NCBI GenBank assembly: GCA_964542165.1
Contig: CAZITQ010000003.1
Span: 12,451 to 76,450 of the forward strand
DNA from: an uncultured Rickettsiales bacterium
GTDB lineage: Bacteria; Myxococcota_A; UBA796; UBA9615; CAYRNR01
Length of the DNA stretch: 64,000 nt
Reading direction: 5' to 3'
Part shown: positions 15,579-24,422 of the stretch, piece after piece
Position numbering within the stretch: the first letter of the stretch is position 1
Layout of the letters: the number at the start of each line of letters is the position of its first letter
Notes under the pieces: model-generated
What the model was told of the DNA's origin: nothing
Databases searched by the model: none
What the model saw: the letters and a program-made list of their open reading frames with translations, nothing else
Translations under genes and position numbers: made by a program

Positions 15579-16925
15579 TCAGCTACTCCCGTTTCCCAGC
15601 GTGCTGGCGAACAGCGACGTCACGAAGCTGCTCATCGACTGCAGCTCGGCCAGCGTCATCTCAAGGTTGGTGAACTGCTGCCGTAGCGTGTCCTCGTACG
15701 ACTCGAGCCGCGACTCGTCCGCGGCGATCTGGTCCTCGAATGCCTCGATCTGGTCGTCCAGGCTCTCGGTGCGCAGGGCGATCGTCCCCTCGTCGGGATC
15801 CACGATCACGTCCAGCTTCCCGTCCAGGGACTGGAAGAGCCCGTCCTCACCCGCCAGCATCGTCATCACGTCCTGGGGGTGGTCGTTGATGGCAGCCAGG
15901 AACTTGTCCGTGTCCAGGGCGATGGACCCGTCCTGCTGCGTGGAGAAGCCCATCACCGACGTACCCACCAGGTCGCCGGCGGCGTAGGCCCCACCCATGG
16001 AGCTCTGCAGGGCCGCCTGCACCGAGCGCAGGACCGACTCGCCGGCCAGCGCAGATGCGTTGTCGTTGACGTCCAGGCCCGAGTAGGAGTCGATGAACGA
16101 CATGGCCTGGTTGTAGGAGTCCACGAAGGACTGCACCGCCTCCAGCACGCCGTCGGTGTCCGGCGCCACGGTCACCACCGAGCTGCCCTCGGACTTGGCC
16201 TCGAAGGTGAGACCGGGGATGACGTCCTCGAAGGTGTTGGTCTCCGAGTAGACCGGCAGGCCCGCGATGCTCAGCTCCGCGTCCTGGGCGCTGATCTGCT
16301 CGGTGAAGCTCAAGGCCGCCCCGGTGATCCCCGTGGCGTCCATCTCGATGGTCTGGGACGATCCCGTTTCCTCGCTGGTCACCACCAGGTGGTAGTTACC
16401 CGCGTCGGCCCCGTCGTCGAGCACGTAGGCCTGGACTCCATCGATGTTGTCGTTGATGTAGTCCGCCAGCCCCGAGAGCGAGGTGTTGCCGTTTGCGGCG
16501 TCGATGTCGATCACCGTCGCGGGGTTGGCCCCCGCCACGGAGATGGTCATCGAACCACCGGTGAACACATCGTCGGTCTGGGAGTCGAAGCCGTTGGAGA
16601 CCTCCAACTCGGACTGGGCCAGCGAGACCACGTCGATGTTGAAGGTCCCCGGCTGCCCTCCGGTTGCGGCGGTGACGGCCAGCACCTCTTCGTCGGTGCT
16701 GTTGGCCGTCACCATCCGCAGATCGGAGGGGTCGGAGTAGTCGGACACGACGGTCTGGATATCCTCCAGCAGCGAGTTGAAGGACTGCAGGAGGGACCGC
16801 CGGGTCTCCAGGTTGCTCTGCTGCTCGCGCAGGGTCTCGGTAGACGCCCCCGCCACGGCCACGTAGGCCTCGATGATGGAGGTGGTGTCGAGTCCGCTGA
16901 CCATCCCATCGACGGTGACGCCCAT
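15579..16925 (-). CDS. fliD: Flagellar filament cap protein FliD
   Basis: Starts MGVTVDGMVSGLDTTSIIEA (FliD_N). C-terminal RLESYEDTLRQQFTNLE (FliD_C). The ORF track extends it to 16982. Confidence 0.9.
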   Translation of the reverse strand: MGVTVDGMVSGLDTTSIIEAYVAVAGASTETLREQQSNLETRRSLLQSFNSLLEDIQTVVSDYSDPSDLRMVTANSTDEEVLAVTAATGGQPGTFNIDVVSLAQSELEVSNGFDSQTDDVFTGGSMTISVAGANPATVIDIDAANGNTSLSGLADYINDNIDGVQAYVLDDGADAGNYHLVVTSEETGSSQTIEMDATGITGAALSFTEQISAQDAELSIAGLPVYSETNTFEDVIPGLTFEAKSEGSSVVTVAPDTDGVLEAVQSFVDSYNQAMSFIDSYSGLDVNDNASALAGESVLRSVQAALQSSMGGAYAAGDLVGTSVMGFSTQQDGSIALDTDKFLAAINDHPQDVMTMLAGEDGLFQSLDGKLDVIVDPDEGTIALRTESLDDQIEAFEDQIAADESRLESYEDTLRQQFTNLEMTLAELQSMSSFVTSLFASTLGNGSS

Positions 16926-16932
16926 GACGACC

Positions 16933-17358
16933 TCAGATCTGTCCTTCCAGGAGGGTCCCACCCAGCTCCTCGAGCGCGGCAACCACGTCGAGATAGTCGG
17001 CAGGTGGGAACTCCCGGATGACTTCGCCGCTCTCGCCTTCGATGACCTTGACGATGTAGCGGCCGGTGGCTTCGTGAACCTCGGTGCTCACGCGGATTCC
17101 AGAGCGGTCTGCCTGGTCGGCAGCCGCGGCGATCTCATCCGCGATCGCCTTGCGGATGGCCTCGTGCGAACGCTCGGTGACGCCCGGCTGGGCCTTCGCC
17201 GGTCCCGGTTCGGGCTCGGGACTCGGTTTGTTCAGCACCACCTCCGGGCTCCCGCTCGCCCCGCTGGCGGGAGCCCGCCGGGTGGCCGCGTCCCCCTTGG
17301 CCGGTCGCATCGCTTCCGCGACCGTCCAGGGAACCTGAGTGGGGATGGTGTTACTCAC
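16933..17358 (-). CDS. flaG: FlaG family flagellar protein
   Basis: C-terminal VSTEVHEATGRYIVKVIEGESGEVIREFPP..YLDV is the FlaG signature. GTG start. Confidence 0.8.
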   Translation of the reverse strand: MSNTIPTQVPWTVAEAMRPAKGDAATRRAPASGASGSPEVVLNKPSPEPEPGPAKAQPGVTERSHEAIRKAIADEIAAAADQADRSGIRVSTEVHEATGRYIVKVIEGESGEVIREFPPADYLDVVAALEELGGTLLEGQI

Positions 17359-17388
17359 GTTACTTCCGTATCTCTTCTCTAGCGGCGC

Positions 17389-17410
17389 CCCCCCGGGTCA
17401 CCCCGGGGGG
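17389..17410 (-). terminator. 9-bp GC hairpin just downstream of flagellin 1 (putative terminator/RNA stabiliser)
   Basis: CCCCCCGGG-tcac-CCCGGGGGG, 14 nt after the stop codon. No U-tract on the minus strand. Confidence 0.4.
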
Positions 17411-17423
17411 ATACCGTTTTCCA

Positions 17424-18242
17424 CTAGCCGAGCAGACTCAGGGCCATCTGCGGAGCGAAGTTGGCCTGGGCCAGGACCGAGACTCCGGCCTGCGCCAGGA
17501 TCTGGTTCTTGGTCAGCTGCGCGGTCTCGCTGGCGAAGTCCACGTCGCGAATCTGGCTCTCGGCCGCCGTCATGTTCTCGACGCTGACCTCCAGATTGGA
17601 GTACGCGTGGCTCAGCCGGTTCTGCGCCGCACCCAGCGACGCGCGGTGGCTGGACACCGACGAGATGGCGGTGTCGATGCTGGCCAGGGCGCTCGAGGCG
17701 CCGGCGGCGGTCGACACGGTCAGGGTGTCGATGGCCAGATTGCCAGCGGACATGCCCTCGAGGGTGATCCCGATGGTGTGGCCATCGTGGATGCCGACCT
17801 GGACGTTCATCGCGGTGGTCGACCCGTCCAGCAGGTTGGTGCCGTTGAACTCGGTCACCTCGGCCAGCCGGCTGATCTCGTCCCGGATGGCGTCGAACTC
17901 GGTCTGCAGGTAGGCCCGCTCGTCGTCCCCCAGGGTCTCCGAGGCGGACTCCATCGCCAGCTCTCGCATACGCGTGAGGATGGAATGGGACTCGCCCAGG
18001 GCGCCCTCGGCGATCTGCACGACGCTGATGCCGTCGTTGGTGTTGCGCATCGCGACCTTGCTCGACGCGATATCCGCACGCAGGTTCTCACTCACGCCCA
18101 AGCCGGCGGCGTCATCGGCAGCGCGAGTGATCCGGAGGCCCGACGAAAGACGCGCGTAACTCTGCGTCATTGCCGAACTGCTACGATTCACGTTCTTCTG
18201 AGCCATCAGAGAAGCAACGTTGTGGTTGATCCTCATCGACAT
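17424..18242 (-). CDS. fliC: Flagellin (short, 272 aa)
   Basis: MSMRINHNVASLMAQ..., LSSGLRITRAADDAAGL and C-terminal ILAQAGVSVLAQANFAPQMALSLLG. Confidence 0.95.
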   Translation of the reverse strand: MSMRINHNVASLMAQKNVNRSSSAMTQSYARLSSGLRITRAADDAAGLGVSENLRADIASSKVAMRNTNDGISVVQIAEGALGESHSILTRMRELAMESASETLGDDERAYLQTEFDAIRDEISRLAEVTEFNGTNLLDGSTTAMNVQVGIHDGHTIGITLEGMSAGNLAIDTLTVSTAAGASSALASIDTAISSVSSHRASLGAAQNRLSHAYSNLEVSVENMTAAESQIRDVDFASETAQLTKNQILAQAGVSVLAQANFAPQMALSLLG

Positions 18243-18285
18243 TCCTTGTCTTCCTCTCCGCAGGCCGAATCGTCGTCTACACTGT

Positions 18286-18313
18286 TTATCGACCGGCCCG
18301 ACGGGATCTTTAG
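18286..18313 (-). promoter_or_regulatory. Sigma-28 promoter CTAAAG-N14-GTCGATAA for flagellin 1
   Basis: The minus strand reads TAAA-GATCCCGTCGGGCCG-GTCGATAA (TAAA-N15-GCCGATAA consensus), about 45 nt upstream of the ATG. Confidence 0.7.
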
Positions 18314-18331
18314 AGGAGGAATGCGACGTTC

Positions 18332-20026
18332 ATGAATCAACCCACCGAACCCCACCGGAGCCCGGCGTTCGAGCGCAACCTCAACGCGTTACATGGCTCC
18401 GATCCGGGCCTCGCCGAGCGCCTGTGTCTGCCCGTCGACGGATCCCATGTGAAGGCGGTGGAGGGCGGGCCGCCAGTCTACAAGGTGCACCGGTACTTCT
18501 ACCCCTTCGTGGTGCCGGCGGAGAGACAAGACACCGTTCTTTCGGGGCTGGATGGGTCCCGGCAGCTGTTGCTGTTCGGCGCGGGGGTGGGCGAGCTCCT
18601 CGAGGCGGCGCTGCAGCGGCATCCGGAGGTGCCGGTCGTCGTCTGGGATCGGGATCCCTGGCTCCTGCGCTGGGTCCTGGGGCGCCTCGATCTCACCGAT
18701 CGCATCGCGAACGGCCAGGTCCAGCTGAAGCTGGGGATCGATCTGCTGGACCTGCTCGAGGACCCGGGGGATCGGATTCGAATCGACCATCCGTTCCTGG
18801 GCGAGGTGTACCGGTTCGAGCGAACGTTGCTCGATCGGGGTCTGGGCGAGGGGCGCGCCCTGTTGCGCGCCGGAACCCTGTTCGTGGACGATCTGGCGCG
18901 GGCACTCGCGCACGAGAGCTATTCGATCTACACGCTGGACACCGACCGGCTGTCCCGCGAAGAGCTCGAGTACACGGTTCGTCGATTCCGGCCCGACCTG
19001 CTCGCCGCGATCAACTACAGCGAGGGGACGGCGGAATTCTGTCGTGACGTGGGGTGCGATCTGATGTGCTGGGAGATCGATCCCAGCACCTCCAGGATGC
19101 GTCCGCTGACCGGCCCATCCGAGCGCGCCCACGTGTTCACCTACCGAAGGGCCAACGTGGAGCTGTTCCGCAACGCCGGGTTCGGCCGCGTGGAGTACCT
19201 GCCCCTGGCCGCCGACACCCGTCACCGCCGCCCCCTGGACCTCGACCCAGAGGATCTCTCGGAGTACGGCGCGCCCGTCACCTACGTCGGGGCCAGCATG
19301 GTCGCGGAAGGCCTCGAATTTCGCGACAAGTTCCTGACCCGGTACGCGGCCTGGGCGACCGCACGCGGATCCGATCCCGCGGTCGGAGCAACGCTCCTGG
19401 GCCGGGTCCTCGGGATCCAGCGCCAGGATCTCTCCCGCTACCGCGTGGAGGAGTTGCTGGGCCAGCTCGGCGGGTCCTTCCTCGCCGACGAGAGAGGGTC
19501 CGACGACCCCGAGGATCCGGCGATGCTCGTCGCGGAGATCGCTGCCTCCGAGAAACGTCTGACGTACGTGGCCAACCTGGCCTCGTCCGGGATCGTGGTC
19601 TGGGGCGACAAGGGCTGGTCCCAGGTCGAGCGCTTCGGAGCTCGCTATTCCGGCAGGTACGCCCGTCACACGGACGAGCTGACCAAGGTCTACAACGCCT
19701 CGACCATCAACGTGGACATCGGACGGCTCTACCAGTCCGACATCGTGACCATGCGGGTGTTCGACGTCCTGGCCTGTGGGGGCTTCCTGCTCGCGGAGTA
19801 CAGCGAGGCTCTCGAGGAGGTCTTCGCCCTGGGCGAGGAGGTCGAATGCTACCAGACCCTCGACGAACTCCGCGCCAAGGTCTCGTATTATCTGCGACGC
19901 CCGGATGAGGCGGCGAGCATCGCCCGTCGTGGGCTCGAAGCAGTACGCGAACGGCACTCGATCGCCGCCCGCGTACGCCACATGCTCGACCGCATGGGCC
20001 GACCCCCCGGATCGGGGGGAAGCTAG
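18332..20026 (+). CDS. Putative flagellin-modification glycosyltransferase (Maf-like N-terminus + CgeB/GT1-like C-terminus)
   Basis: N-terminus F.RNL.AL...DP.LA..L and LLFGAGVGEL resemble motility-accessory-factor proteins. C-terminus INVDIGRLYQ..IVTMRVFDVLACGGFLLAEY......F..GEEV..Y...DEL is CgeB-family like. Sits between the two flagellin genes. Confidence 0.55.
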   Translation: MNQPTEPHRSPAFERNLNALHGSDPGLAERLCLPVDGSHVKAVEGGPPVYKVHRYFYPFVVPAERQDTVLSGLDGSRQLLLFGAGVGELLEAALQRHPEVPVVVWDRDPWLLRWVLGRLDLTDRIANGQVQLKLGIDLLDLLEDPGDRIRIDHPFLGEVYRFERTLLDRGLGEGRALLRAGTLFVDDLARALAHESYSIYTLDTDRLSREELEYTVRRFRPDLLAAINYSEGTAEFCRDVGCDLMCWEIDPSTSRMRPLTGPSERAHVFTYRRANVELFRNAGFGRVEYLPLAADTRHRRPLDLDPEDLSEYGAPVTYVGASMVAEGLEFRDKFLTRYAAWATARGSDPAVGATLLGRVLGIQRQDLSRYRVEELLGQLGGSFLADERGSDDPEDPAMLVAEIAASEKRLTYVANLASSGIVVWGDKGWSQVERFGARYSGRYARHTDELTKVYNASTINVDIGRLYQSDIVTMRVFDVLACGGFLLAEYSEALEEVFALGEEVECYQTLDELRAKVSYYLRRPDEAASIARRGLEAVRERHSIAARVRHMLDRMGRPPGSGGS

Positions 20027-20103
20027 GTTTTTTGGGTACACAGACTCCGCCCCCGCTCGGCGTTATCTGGGTTGTGTTCGTGGAGACTCGTCAGAGGTGA
20101 CCT

Positions 20104-20134
20104 GCGTCCCCGAGCCCCGACAGCCCGGGGACGC
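20104..20134 (-). terminator. 9-bp GC hairpin downstream of flagellin 2, in the convergent gap with the glycosyltransferase
   Basis: GCGTCCCCG-(13 nt)-CGGGGACGC, 10 nt after the flagellin stop. Confidence 0.4.
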
Positions 20135-20144
20135 TAGTGGTCAG

Positions 20145-20963
20145 CTATCCCAGGAGAGTCAGCGCCATCTGGGGCGCGAAGTTGGCCTGGGACAGTACGC
20201 TCACGCCGGCCTGGGCCAGGATCTGGTTCTTGGTGAGCTCCGCGGTCTCGTTGGCGAAGTCCACGTCCCGGATCTGGCTCTCGGCGGCGGTCATGTTCTC
20301 GAGACTGACCTCGAGGTTGGCGTAGGAGTGGGTGAGGCGGTTCTGGGACGCACCGAGGTCGGCGCGGTGGCTGCTCACCGAGGCGATGGCAGTGTCGATG
20401 CTCGCCAGGGCGCTGGAGGCGCCGGCGGCACTGGACACGGTCAGGGTGTCCAGGGCCAGGTCACCCGAGGACATGCCGTCCAGGTTGATGCCGATGGTGT
20501 GACCGCTGTGGATCCCCACCTGCACGTCCATGGAGGAGGTGGATCCGTCCAGCAGGCTCACGCCGTTGAACTCGGTGACCTCGGCCAGCCGGCTGATCTC
20601 GTCGCGGATGGCGTCGAACTCGGTCTGCAGATAGGCGCGCTCGTCGTCGCCCAGGGTCTCCGAGGCAGACTCCATGGCCAGCTCGCGCATGCGGGTCAGG
20701 ATGGAGTGGGTCTCGCCGAGGGCCCCCTCGGCGATCTGCACGACACTGATGCCGTCGTTGGTGTTCCGCATCGCGACCTTGGTGGACGCGATGTCGGCAC
20801 GCAGGTTCTCGCTGACTCCCAGGCCAGCCGCGTCGTCAGCCGCCCTGGTGATGCGCAGCCCCGACGACAGCCGAGCGTAGCTCTGGGTCATCGACGAGGT
20901 ACTGCGATTCACGTTCTTCTGCGCCATCAGGGACGCGATGTTGTGGTTGATTCGCATGGACAT
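20145..20963 (-). CDS. fliC: Flagellin paralog (272 aa)
   Basis: Co-linear and near-identical at both termini with 17424..18242. Differences are concentrated centrally. Confidence 0.95.
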   Translation of the reverse strand: MSMRINHNIASLMAQKNVNRSTSSMTQSYARLSSGLRITRAADDAAGLGVSENLRADIASTKVAMRNTNDGISVVQIAEGALGETHSILTRMRELAMESASETLGDDERAYLQTEFDAIRDEISRLAEVTEFNGVSLLDGSTSSMDVQVGIHSGHTIGINLDGMSSGDLALDTLTVSSAAGASSALASIDTAIASVSSHRADLGASQNRLTHSYANLEVSLENMTAAESQIRDVDFANETAELTKNQILAQAGVSVLSQANFAPQMALTLLG

Positions 20964-21022
20964 CTCGCAGGCTCCTTTTCCCTCGTGATTTCCTCTGGTT
21001 GCCCTTCCGTGGTCTGCTTGGG

Positions 21023-21049
21023 TTATCGTCCGTGGGGTACCCAGCTTTA
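21023..21049 (-). promoter_or_regulatory. Sigma-28 promoter TAAA-N15-GACGATAA for flagellin 2, with an A-rich UP-like tract
   Basis: The minus strand reads CCAAAAAAAAGATTGAAAAAAGTTAAAGCTGGGTACCCCACGGACGATAA. Confidence 0.7.
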
Positions 21050-21074
21050 ACTTTTTTCAATCTTTTTTTTGGTT

Positions 21075-21090
21075 AGGCATGCTCGTTGCA
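21075..21090 (+). promoter_or_regulatory. Orphan sigma-54-like element AGGCAT-N5-TTGCA on the plus strand
   Basis: aggcatgctcgttgca with GG-N10-GC spacing. No convincing downstream + strand gene. Confidence 0.3.
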
Positions 21091-21250
21091 GAAAAATGAA
21101 GCCAACCCCGAGAAAATGGCCTCTGAAGCCTCAAGTTCCTCGAAATCGGGTCGAAGGCCTCGCGCGTGAAGATCAATAGAAGTTGTCGGGAGCGGGAGCG
21201 GGTTCGGGTGCGAGAGAGGATGGACCTGGGGCGGTGTTCGGAACGGGTAT

Positions 21251-22129
21251 CTAGAGATACTGGAAGATGTTGGTCTGGAGGACCTGGGACATGGTCGTCG
21301 CGGCGGCCTGGTAGATGGTCTGGGCCTCGGAGAGCTTGGCGAAGGTCTCGATGGCGTCGAGCTCCTTGAGCGAGCCCAGGAACCCGTCCAGCGCGATGGC
21401 CGCGTCTTCGCTGACGGTGGTCAGGTCTTCCACCCTGACCTGGGCCGAACCGAACGCCGTACGCATCTCCACCAGGTGGTCGTAGGCCAGGTTCAGGGTG
21501 TCCAGCGCACCACCCACGGCCTCGGCGTCGTCGGCGACCAGGGCATCCTGGAGCTCCACCAGGGCGTCGAAGACGTCGGCCCCGCTGTCGTGGAACACCT
21601 CGTCACCCGTCTTGCCGATCTCCAGGGTGTCCTCCCCCAGGAGGGGCACGGTCCGTGCGTTGCTGCCGCCCACGTAGGTCCCATCGGCTTCGAAGGGTAC
21701 GGTCGTGGTCTGGGTTCCGGCGAAGATATAGACGTTGCCGAACTTGGCGTTGGCCACACCAGCCATGTCCGTGATGGTGTCTCCCACCGCCTCGGCGGCC
21801 TGGGACCGATCCTGGTCACCATAGGACTCGGTGGCCATCGCCACGGCGGTCTCGATGGCCCCCTGCAGCAGGGTCGCTGCCTGGGAGAGCGCGTCGTCGG
21901 CCGCCGCCAGCTCGGCGTGGGTCAGCTGCAGACGTTCGATGAGCGCCTGATGGTTGGCGAGTTCGGCGTCCAGCTGCACGGCCTGGCCGGTATCCGCCGG
22001 GTGATTCGATGGACGGGACAACCGGTCCAGGCTCATCGCGTCCAGCTGGTCGCGCTGCAGCTGGGCCGCAGCCTGCTGCATCAGGTAACCCACCTGATGG
22101 AAGCTCCCGTACGTGGATCGCGTGATCAT
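21251..22129 (-). CDS. flgL: Flagellar hook-associated protein 3, FlgL
   Basis: Starts MITRSTYGSF. Flagellin-like N and C termini (..MSQVLQTNIFQYL). The ATG shares one nt with the flgK stop (TGATG). Confidence 0.85.
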   Translation of the reverse strand: MITRSTYGSFHQVGYLMQQAAAQLQRDQLDAMSLDRLSRPSNHPADTGQAVQLDAELANHQALIERLQLTHAELAAADDALSQAATLLQGAIETAVAMATESYGDQDRSQAAEAVGDTITDMAGVANAKFGNVYIFAGTQTTTVPFEADGTYVGGSNARTVPLLGEDTLEIGKTGDEVFHDSGADVFDALVELQDALVADDAEAVGGALDTLNLAYDHLVEMRTAFGSAQVRVEDLTTVSEDAAIALDGFLGSLKELDAIETFAKLSEAQTIYQAAATTMSQVLQTNIFQYL

Positions 22130-23523
22130 CAGATCTCCATCAGGGTGTCGAGCATGTGCTGGGTGGTCTGGAGCACCTTCGCCATGGCGTCGTAGGAGTC
22201 CTGGAAGCGGATCAGGTTGATCGCCTCCTCCTCCAGGCTCACGGCAGAGCGCTGTTGCCACGTCGCCTCGACGGCCACGGTCACCGCGGCCTGTAGCGAA
22301 TAATTCGCCTCCACCGCGGCGGCATCCGCGCCGAAGTTGCTGATCCAGTTGGCTGCCTCCTCGGTGAACGTGCGGTTCCCGCTGCCCGCGAGGGTGGCCA
22401 CCGCCAGGTCACCCAGGGCGATGGCGTTCGTTCCATCCCCGGGCACCTCCGAGGGATCCGTGGCCGCGGCGAGGGCGTCCGGATTGCCCTCCACGTCCGA
22501 CGACAGGGTGATGGCCGCCGCGGCCCCCTCCACCGACGAGATGGGGGTGAACAGGTTCAGTCCCGTGTTGCCGTCCAGGTCGTAGCCCGCCGCGTGGACG
22601 TCGTTGACCCCGGTGAGGATGTCGTAGGCCAGCTGGTCCAGCCCTGCCTCGAGCTCCGGGACGACCGTGTCCCGGACCTGCACGTGGGCTGCGATCTCAC
22701 CGGCGCTGATCTGGTCCGTCAGATCGACGGACACGGTACCCACCGCCAGCGTGATCTTCTGGAGCCCCGAGTTGGCGTCCTCCTCGGTGGCCAGGGTGCG
22801 GGCGGTGGTGCCCTGCACGGCCGCGTGGCCCCCCAGGATCACCGTGAGCGACCCGTCGGACTCCTCGGTCAGCGACACGTTCATCAGCGACGACAGTCCG
22901 TCCACCAGCCTGCCCCGCTCGTCTCGCACGTCCGACGCGTTCTGTCCTCCGGACTCCAGCGCCACGATCTGACCGTTGAGGGAGGCGATATCCGCGAGGA
23001 TGCCGTTGGCCTGCGTCACCCCGGCCTCGATGGCCTGGTCCGAGGATTCGCTCAGGTCCGACAGGACGTCCGCCTGGCGGTTGAACTCGGACGCCAGCGC
23101 ATCGACCGTGGCCAGCACCTGATTGCGGGTGTTGGTGTCGTAGGGCATCGCAGCCAGGGCGTCGAACTGGACGAAGAGGTTCGAGATCCTCGCGGACAGC
23201 GAGTTCTCGTCCACCGAGCCCATCAGCGACTGCAACACCTCGTACGCGGCGTTCATCTGCCCGGCGTACCCGGAGTTGCTGTGCTCCTCGAACAGGCGGC
23301 TCTCGGTGAATCGGTCGTAGGCCGAGGAGACCTCGGCCGCGGTGACCCCGCCGCCCAGGAGCAGTCCCGAGGACCAGTAGCTCCCCGCGGTCCGGTAGTC
23401 CACCGCCTGGCGGTGGTACCCGTCCGTTCCGGCGTTGGCGATGTTGTTGGCGGTCGTCTGGAGTCCGGCCTGTTGCGCCTGCAGGGCGCTGCCGGACAGG
23501 TTGAGGATGCTGAACAGGGACAC
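22129..23523 (-). CDS. flgK: Flagellar hook-associated protein 1, FlgK
   Basis: MSLFSILNLSGSALQAQQAGLQTTANNIANAGTDGYHRQ. C-terminal NLIRFQDSYDAMAKVLQT. Confidence 0.9.
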   Translation of the reverse strand: MSLFSILNLSGSALQAQQAGLQTTANNIANAGTDGYHRQAVDYRTAGSYWSSGLLLGGGVTAAEVSSAYDRFTESRLFEEHSNSGYAGQMNAAYEVLQSLMGSVDENSLSARISNLFVQFDALAAMPYDTNTRNQVLATVDALASEFNRQADVLSDLSESSDQAIEAGVTQANGILADIASLNGQIVALESGGQNASDVRDERGRLVDGLSSLMNVSLTEESDGSLTVILGGHAAVQGTTARTLATEEDANSGLQKITLAVGTVSVDLTDQISAGEIAAHVQVRDTVVPELEAGLDQLAYDILTGVNDVHAAGYDLDGNTGLNLFTPISSVEGAAAAITLSSDVEGNPDALAAATDPSEVPGDGTNAIALGDLAVATLAGSGNRTFTEEAANWISNFGADAAAVEANYSLQAAVTVAVEATWQQRSAVSLEEEAINLIRFQDSYDAMAKVLQTTQHMLDTLMEI

Positions 23524-23536
23524 GGCTACCTCCGGT

Positions 23537-23914
23537 TCACACCGAGGTGCGGATCAGACGCCCCACCGATCCATCGGCTGTGGCGCGTCCATCGGGCGCG
23601 TACCCGTCCGCTTCCTTGTGCCCCAGGCGCTGCTGGAGCTGGGAGGCGAAGTCGAGTACGTGGGCGGCGACGACGCGGTTTCGCAGGAGCTTCCTGCGCA
23701 CGTCGCCGACCAGAGATCCGTCCATCCCGTCGCTTCCCGGCTCCGGCAGGGATCCGCCCAGTTCGTCGAGCAGTTCCTGCTGTTGTCGGGTGAGTTCGGC
23801 GACGCGGGGAAGGTCGAGACGCTGCAGGGGGCCGTGTGCCTCGTCCAGCAGGCTGGACAGTCGGCGCAACACCCCTTCGGCAGCTCGGGGATCTGGGCAG
23901 TGGCGTTCCGTCAT
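23537..23914 (-). CDS. flgN: FlgN-like export chaperone
   Basis: Helical ~125 aa protein in the conserved flgM-flgN-flgK position. Only weak sequence recognition. Confidence 0.5.
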   Translation of the reverse strand: MTERHCPDPRAAEGVLRRLSSLLDEAHGPLQRLDLPRVAELTRQQQELLDELGGSLPEPGSDGMDGSLVGDVRRKLLRNRVVAAHVLDFASQLQQRLGHKEADGYAPDGRATADGSVGRLIRTSV

Positions 23915-23920
23915 CTCCGG

Positions 23921-24250
23921 TTATCCACCGGAGTCGTTCGGCCATCCCAGGTCCTGGAGGATGCGTGCCGCCAGCAGGTCGAAATCGGTATCGAGTTCGC
24001 CCCGCGCCAGCTCCGCCTTCACCTCCGCGACCAGACCCTCTCGGATCTCCGGAGCCTCCCGGGCCGCCAGGGCGATGCGTCCCACCTCCTCCAGATCTTC
24101 GGAGAGGGTGAGCTTGGCTCCCGTGGCCTTGTCCTCTGCGCCCGCGCTTACGGGACGAATGGACTCGGTGGGGGCTGCATCCTTGGCCTTGTCGACCGGG
24201 GTGTTCGCGCCGGTGGTGACTTTCGCGATGTCGTTATTCGTAACTTTCAT
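23921..24250 (-). CDS. flgM: Anti-sigma-28 factor FlgM
   Basis: Small protein with a disordered N-terminus. C-terminal IREGLVAEVKAELARGELDTDFDLLAARIL matches the FlgM C-terminal helix pattern. Confidence 0.75.
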   Translation of the reverse strand: MKVTNNDIAKVTTGANTPVDKAKDAAPTESIRPVSAGAEDKATGAKLTLSEDLEEVGRIALAAREAPEIREGLVAEVKAELARGELDTDFDLLAARILQDLGWPNDSGG

Positions 24251-24370
24251 CTGGCTCTCCCGAGGTGGGGACGTCTTCCATGTCGTCCCGGTTCCTCAGC
24301 TAGCCGAACCCGGCGCGAGCCCTCATGGCTCGTGGCCTCCTCCGAGGCCGTGTTCCTCTTCTGAGTGTAT

Positions 24371-24398
24371 TCATCGGACACCCTCCAGGCGACTTTAG
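24371..24398 (-). promoter_or_regulatory. Candidate sigma-28 promoter CTAAAG-N14-TCCGATGA upstream of flgM
   Basis: The minus strand reads TAAA-GTCGCCTGGAGGGTG-TCCGATGA, in the 172-nt gap between flgJ and flgM. Confidence 0.5.
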
Positions 24399-24422
24399 AG
24401 TTTTTTTCGTTCTGCGCACCCA

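Noticed and set aside
21096-21369. Small + strand ORFs (27 codons from ATG 21096; 67 aa from 21166) downstream of the orphan sigma-54-like element
   Set aside because: Neither has a convincing RBS. The first would start upstream of the predicted TSS. The second is Arg/Trp/Ser-rich and runs antisense into flgL.
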